This document shows, piece by piece, positions 60,799 through 64,000 of a stretch of DNA of 64,000 nucleotides. The first letter of the stretch is position 1. The number at the start of each line of letters is the position of its first letter. The notes under the pieces were generated by a model. That model made no database searches. It was given only the letters and a program-made list of their open reading frames with translations, and was not told the DNA's origin. The stretch spans positions 21,328 through 85,327 of the forward strand of contig CAWJBA010000014.1 in the NCBI GenBank assembly GCA_963841075.1. Direction: 5' to 3'. Source of the stretch: Terriglobia bacterium. Lineage in GTDB: Bacteria > Acidobacteriota > Terriglobia > Terriglobales > Acidobacteriaceae. Position numbers and translations under genes: made by a program.

Positions 60799-61212
60799 GG
60801 CTTATCACCACAGAGGCACAGAGACACAGAGAAATCGAAGTCGAAAAAGACCCCAGAACGAGCCCTATCATCGGTGCAGCCATCGAGGTGCACCGCAACC
60901 TGGGTCCAGGACTTTTGGAGTCGGCTTACGAGGAGTGTTTGTGCCACGAACTCCATTTGCGAGGATTAGAGTGCAAACGTCAAGTGCCATTGCCCCTGCT
61001 GTACAAAGGGTCTCAAATTGGATTGCGGATACAAGATTGATCTGATAGTGCAAAACGAGATCGTTCTGGAATTGAAGGCAGTCGAAAAGCTTCTGCCAGT
61101 CCACGAGGCGCAACTTTTGACTTACCTGAAGTTGACCGGCAAGAGAGTCGGCCTTCTGATCAACTTCAACGTCCCGTTGTTGACCCAGGGCATAATCAGG
61201 CGAGTTCTCTGA
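60795..61212 (+). pseudogene. GxxExxY-type small protein (PD-(D/E)XK-like), one +1 frame break
   Basis: [29 protein letters not shown] (GxxExxY motif) is in ORF 60795... [51 protein letters not shown] is in ORF 61018... Break near 61011-61018. Confidence 0.75.
60806..60834. repeat. left arm of the 29 bp imperfect inverted repeat enclosing the GxxExxY gene
   Basis: CACCACAGAGGCACAGAGACACAGAGAAA. 25 of 29 positions are complementary to 61224-61252. Confidence 0.8.
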
Positions 61213-61223
61213 GGATTATTGTT

Positions 61224-61252
61224 TTTCTCTGTAACTCTGTGTCTCTGTGGTG
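61224..61252. repeat. right arm of the inverted repeat enclosing the GxxExxY gene
   Basis: TTTCTCTGTAACTCTGTGTCTCTGTGGTG. Confidence 0.8.
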
Positions 61253-61264
61253 AAGTGGGTTTGT

Positions 61265-62641
61265 ATGAGTCTCTTCCCGACCATCCCGAGCGGCGGCAAC
61301 CCTGGCGATCGCACTCGCCCGCTCGCCGACCGCATGCGTCCGCGCACGCTGGATGAATTTGTCGGTCAGGAGCACTTGGTTGGTCCGGGCAAGCCGCTGC
61401 GGACCCAGATTGAGCGGGATGACATCGGCTCCCTCATTTTCTGGGGACCTCCCGGCACCGGCAAAACCACGCTGGCGCAGATCATCGCGCGCCTCACCAA
61501 GGCTGAGTTCGTTGAGTTCTCCGCTGTCCTCACCGGTATCAAGGAAATCAAGCAAGTCATGGCCGACGCCGAGCGCGCCAAACAATACGGCACGCGGACC
61601 ATCGTCTTCATCGACGAGATCCATCGCTTCAACAAAGCCCAGCAGGATGCGTTCCTTCCCCACGTAGAGAAAGGCAACATCCGGCTGATCGGCGCCACCA
61701 CTGAAAATCCTTCGTTTGAAATCATTTCCGCGCTGCTTTCCCGCAGCCGGGTGTACGTGCTGAAGCCGCTCACGGAAGAACAGATTGTCGAGCTGTTGAA
61801 ACGCGCGCTCTCCGACGAAGAACGCGGACTGGGAGCGATGAAGTTGCAGGCCTCCGATGATGTTCTGAAAAAAATCGCGGCTTATTCCAGCGGCGACGCC
61901 CGCAGTGCTTACAACGTGCTCGAAGTAGCTGCCTCGCTGGCCCGTGGACGCGATGGCAAAGAAGTCGGCGCGGAGATATCCGACGAACTGGTCCAGGACG
62001 CGCTGCAGAAGCGGGTATTGCGTTACGACAAAGCCGGAGAGGAACACTACAACCTTATTTCCGCGCTGCACAAATCGGTGCGCAACAGCGATCCCGATGC
62101 GGCGCTGTACTGGCTGGGGAGAATGCTTGAGGCGGGCGAAGATCCGCTATACATCGCACGGCGCGTGGTGCGAATGGCGGTCGAGGACATTGGCCTGGCC
62201 GATCCCAACGCGCTGGTGCAATGCATGGCGGCCCGCGACGCCGTGGATTTTCTCGGTATGCCGGAAGGGAACCTGGCCCTGGCCCAAGCCGTTGTCTACT
62301 TATCAATCGCGCCCAAATCGAATGCCCTTTACGCCGCCTACGGCGAAATTCAGGGCGACGTGGAACGCACCGCGGCCGAGCCCGTCCCCCTGCATTTGCG
62401 CAATGCGCCCACCGGACTGATGAAGGGGTTGGGATACGGCCAGGGCTACCAGTACGCCCACGACCTCGAAGACAAAGTAGCTGACATGCAGTGTCTACCC
62501 GACAACCTGGTCGACCGAATCTATTACCGGCCCACCAGCGAAGGCTCGGAAAAGCGCATCGGAGAGCGGTTGGAAGAGATCAAACGGAAGCGTTCCAAAA
62601 AGGCGGCCTCCCGGGCCCCGAAAACAGAATCCAGCGCCTAG
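61265..62641 (+). CDS. rarA: replication-associated recombination protein A (AAA+ ATPase)
   Basis: Start at ATG 61265, just past the repeat arm. [21 protein letters not shown] and MgsA-type C-terminal helices. Confidence 0.9.
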   Translation: MSLFPTIPSGGNPGDRTRPLADRMRPRTLDEFVGQEHLVGPGKPLRTQIERDDIGSLIFWGPPGTGKTTLAQIIARLTKAEFVEFSAVLTGIKEIKQVMADAERAKQYGTRTIVFIDEIHRFNKAQQDAFLPHVEKGNIRLIGATTENPSFEIISALLSRSRVYVLKPLTEEQIVELLKRALSDEERGLGAMKLQASDDVLKKIAAYSSGDARSAYNVLEVAASLARGRDGKEVGAEISDELVQDALQKRVLRYDKAGEEHYNLISALHKSVRNSDPDAALYWLGRMLEAGEDPLYIARRVVRMAVEDIGLADPNALVQCMAARDAVDFLGMPEGNLALAQAVVYLSIAPKSNALYAAYGEIQGDVERTAAEPVPLHLRNAPTGLMKGLGYGQGYQYAHDLEDKVADMQCLPDNLVDRIYYRPTSEGSEKRIGERLEEIKRKRSKKAASRAPKTESSA

Positions 62642-62708
62642 CCCGTCGCATCCAATTGAATGTAAGTTCTGTCTCTTTCCCCAGGTTTTCTAAGGAGGTT
62701 GGATCCCC

Positions 62709-63977
62709 ATGGCCGCGAGCCCAAGACCTCTTGTTTCGGACACGACCGCTATTCGCCCAGTGCAACTCGACCAGGTGGAACATCTGCTCAAGCTCCAGAA
62801 ATGGTCGCAGAAGATTACCTCCATCCTCGACCTTGATGAGTTGATCACCAAGATTGTGGACGACGTGGCTGCGGCATTCTGCTGCGTGGAAGCGACCATC
62901 TATCTGCACGACGAAGAGCGCGGCGAGTTGGAAATGGCGGGTGTCCACGGTTGCACGCTGCACGACAAGGGATCGCGGTTGAAGGTGGGCAAGGAAGGCA
63001 TGGTGGGTTACGTTGCGGCCTCAGGACAGATGCGCTACGCGCCAGACGTGCGGAAGGATCCGTACTACATAGCCTGCGAGGAAGCCGCGCTCTCCGAAGT
63101 CGCCATCCCCCTGCTGGTGGACGGCCGCCTGGTGGGCGTGTTCGCGGCTTCACATCACGAACTGGATGCCTTTACGCGCGAGCACCTGCGCTGGTTGCAG
63201 GGACTGTGCGAACACGTTGCGGTCGCCGTGCACAACGCGCGCCGCTTTCAGCATGAACGGCACCAACGGCAGAAGATGAGCGCGGAGGCCAGCGAAGCTC
63301 GCGCTATCCAGGAAGCGCTACTCCCCAAGAGTTCTCCTTACATTCCGGGCTTCGCGATTTCCGGGTTATCGATTCCGGCCGGCGCGGTTGGCGGAGACTG
63401 GTACGACTTCATCTCTTTCGACGATGGATGCTGGGGCCTGGTCTTGGCTGATGTTTCGGGCAAGGGGACTGCAGCTGCTCTACTGATGTCGGCAACTCGC
63501 GGCATGCTGCGCTCCCTGGCGCAGACCTGCAGCGGCCCGGGAGAGGTTCTCACCCGCCTGAATCGACTGCTGGTGGAGGATTTTCCGTCCGGCAAGTTTG
63601 TCACCATGCTGCTGGCGGTGCTCAATCCTTCGACCCGTGAGCTAACCTTTTCCAGTGCCGGACATCTACGGCCACTGCTGGTGGATTTGAACGGCGCGCG
63701 TTTTCTGGACAGCGAGCGCGGAATGCCTCTGGGGCTCGGCACCGGCGAATTCTCGGAGAGCAAGGTGCATCTCTCTCCCGGCTCGCGCCTGGTTTTCTAC
63801 AGCGACGGAATTACGGAGGCCACCGACGGTTCCGACGAAGAGTATGGCGCGGGGCGGATGCGCGACCATGTGCTTCAGCCGAATGCCTCCGCGGACAGCA
63901 TCCTAGCCGACGTTCGGTCCTTCGCTAACGGCGAGGGTCTGCATGATGACGCCACGGTAATTTTCATAAAGGCATAA
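62709..63977 (+). CDS. GAF-domain PP2C (SpoIIE/RsbU-type) phosphatase
   Basis: 422 aa. N-terminal GAF-like region, then GGDWYDF, LADVSGKG, YSDGITEA and HDDATVI phosphatase motifs. Confidence 0.85.
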   Translation: MAASPRPLVSDTTAIRPVQLDQVEHLLKLQKWSQKITSILDLDELITKIVDDVAAAFCCVEATIYLHDEERGELEMAGVHGCTLHDKGSRLKVGKEGMVGYVAASGQMRYAPDVRKDPYYIACEEAALSEVAIPLLVDGRLVGVFAASHHELDAFTREHLRWLQGLCEHVAVAVHNARRFQHERHQRQKMSAEASEARAIQEALLPKSSPYIPGFAISGLSIPAGAVGGDWYDFISFDDGCWGLVLADVSGKGTAAALLMSATRGMLRSLAQTCSGPGEVLTRLNRLLVEDFPSGKFVTMLLAVLNPSTRELTFSSAGHLRPLLVDLNGARFLDSERGMPLGLGTGEFSESKVHLSPGSRLVFYSDGITEATDGSDEEYGAGRMRDHVLQPNASADSILADVRSFANGEGLHDDATVIFIKA

Positions 63978-64000
63978 ACCACGGAGGACACTGAGGACAC
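63977..64000. repeat. family B hairpin repeat, left arm only (truncated by window end)
   Basis: 24 nt are identical to 24381-24404. It starts within the stop codon of the phosphatase gene. Confidence 0.75.

Overview
This is a high-GC bacterial chromosomal segment. Its gene content and repeat types look Acidobacteriota-like, but that is inference only. I support about 50 protein genes and 2 tRNAs (Gly-GCC, Cys-GCA). There is no rRNA, CRISPR array, transposase or integrase.

Housekeeping and metabolism genes:
- aceE-aceF-lpdA (pyruvate dehydrogenase operon)
- uvrB, rarA, a TsaC-like gene, a TrmH-type methyltransferase
- dps, ku, tryptophan 2,3-dioxygenase, an amidase
- MscS, an MFS transporter, a di-haem peroxidase

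Signal transduction dominates the window:
- A GGDEF fragment and two to three PilZ-type proteins.
- Two paralogous receiver-like heads, one fused to PilZ and one to a TonB C-terminal domain.
- A giant GAF/PAS histidine kinase - response regulator - NtrC-type activator operon.
- An adjacent uncharacterised trio: a PilZ-like protein, a 353 aa unknown, and a pseudo-receiver fused to a DHp-only domain.
- A complete mcp-cheW-cheR-cheA-cheB-cheY-cheX cluster.
- A GAF-PP2C phosphatase.

The non-coding DNA carries several palindromic repeat families. One of them encloses a GxxExxY-type gene inside its hairpin.

Data-quality caveat: I count 14 reading-frame breaks in 8 otherwise well-conserved genes, and 13 of the 14 are in the same +1 direction. 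They cluster in two patches. This looks like insertion-biased consensus error rather than gene decay. Several long ORFs in the supplied track are therefore chimeras.

I found no clear-cut novel system. The best candidates are the receiver-TonB fusion, the PilZ-like/unknown/pseudo-REC-DHp module, the hairpin-nested GxxExxY gene, and a low-GC gap with strong-SD micro-ORFs. All calls come from reading translations and motifs by eye; no database search was possible.
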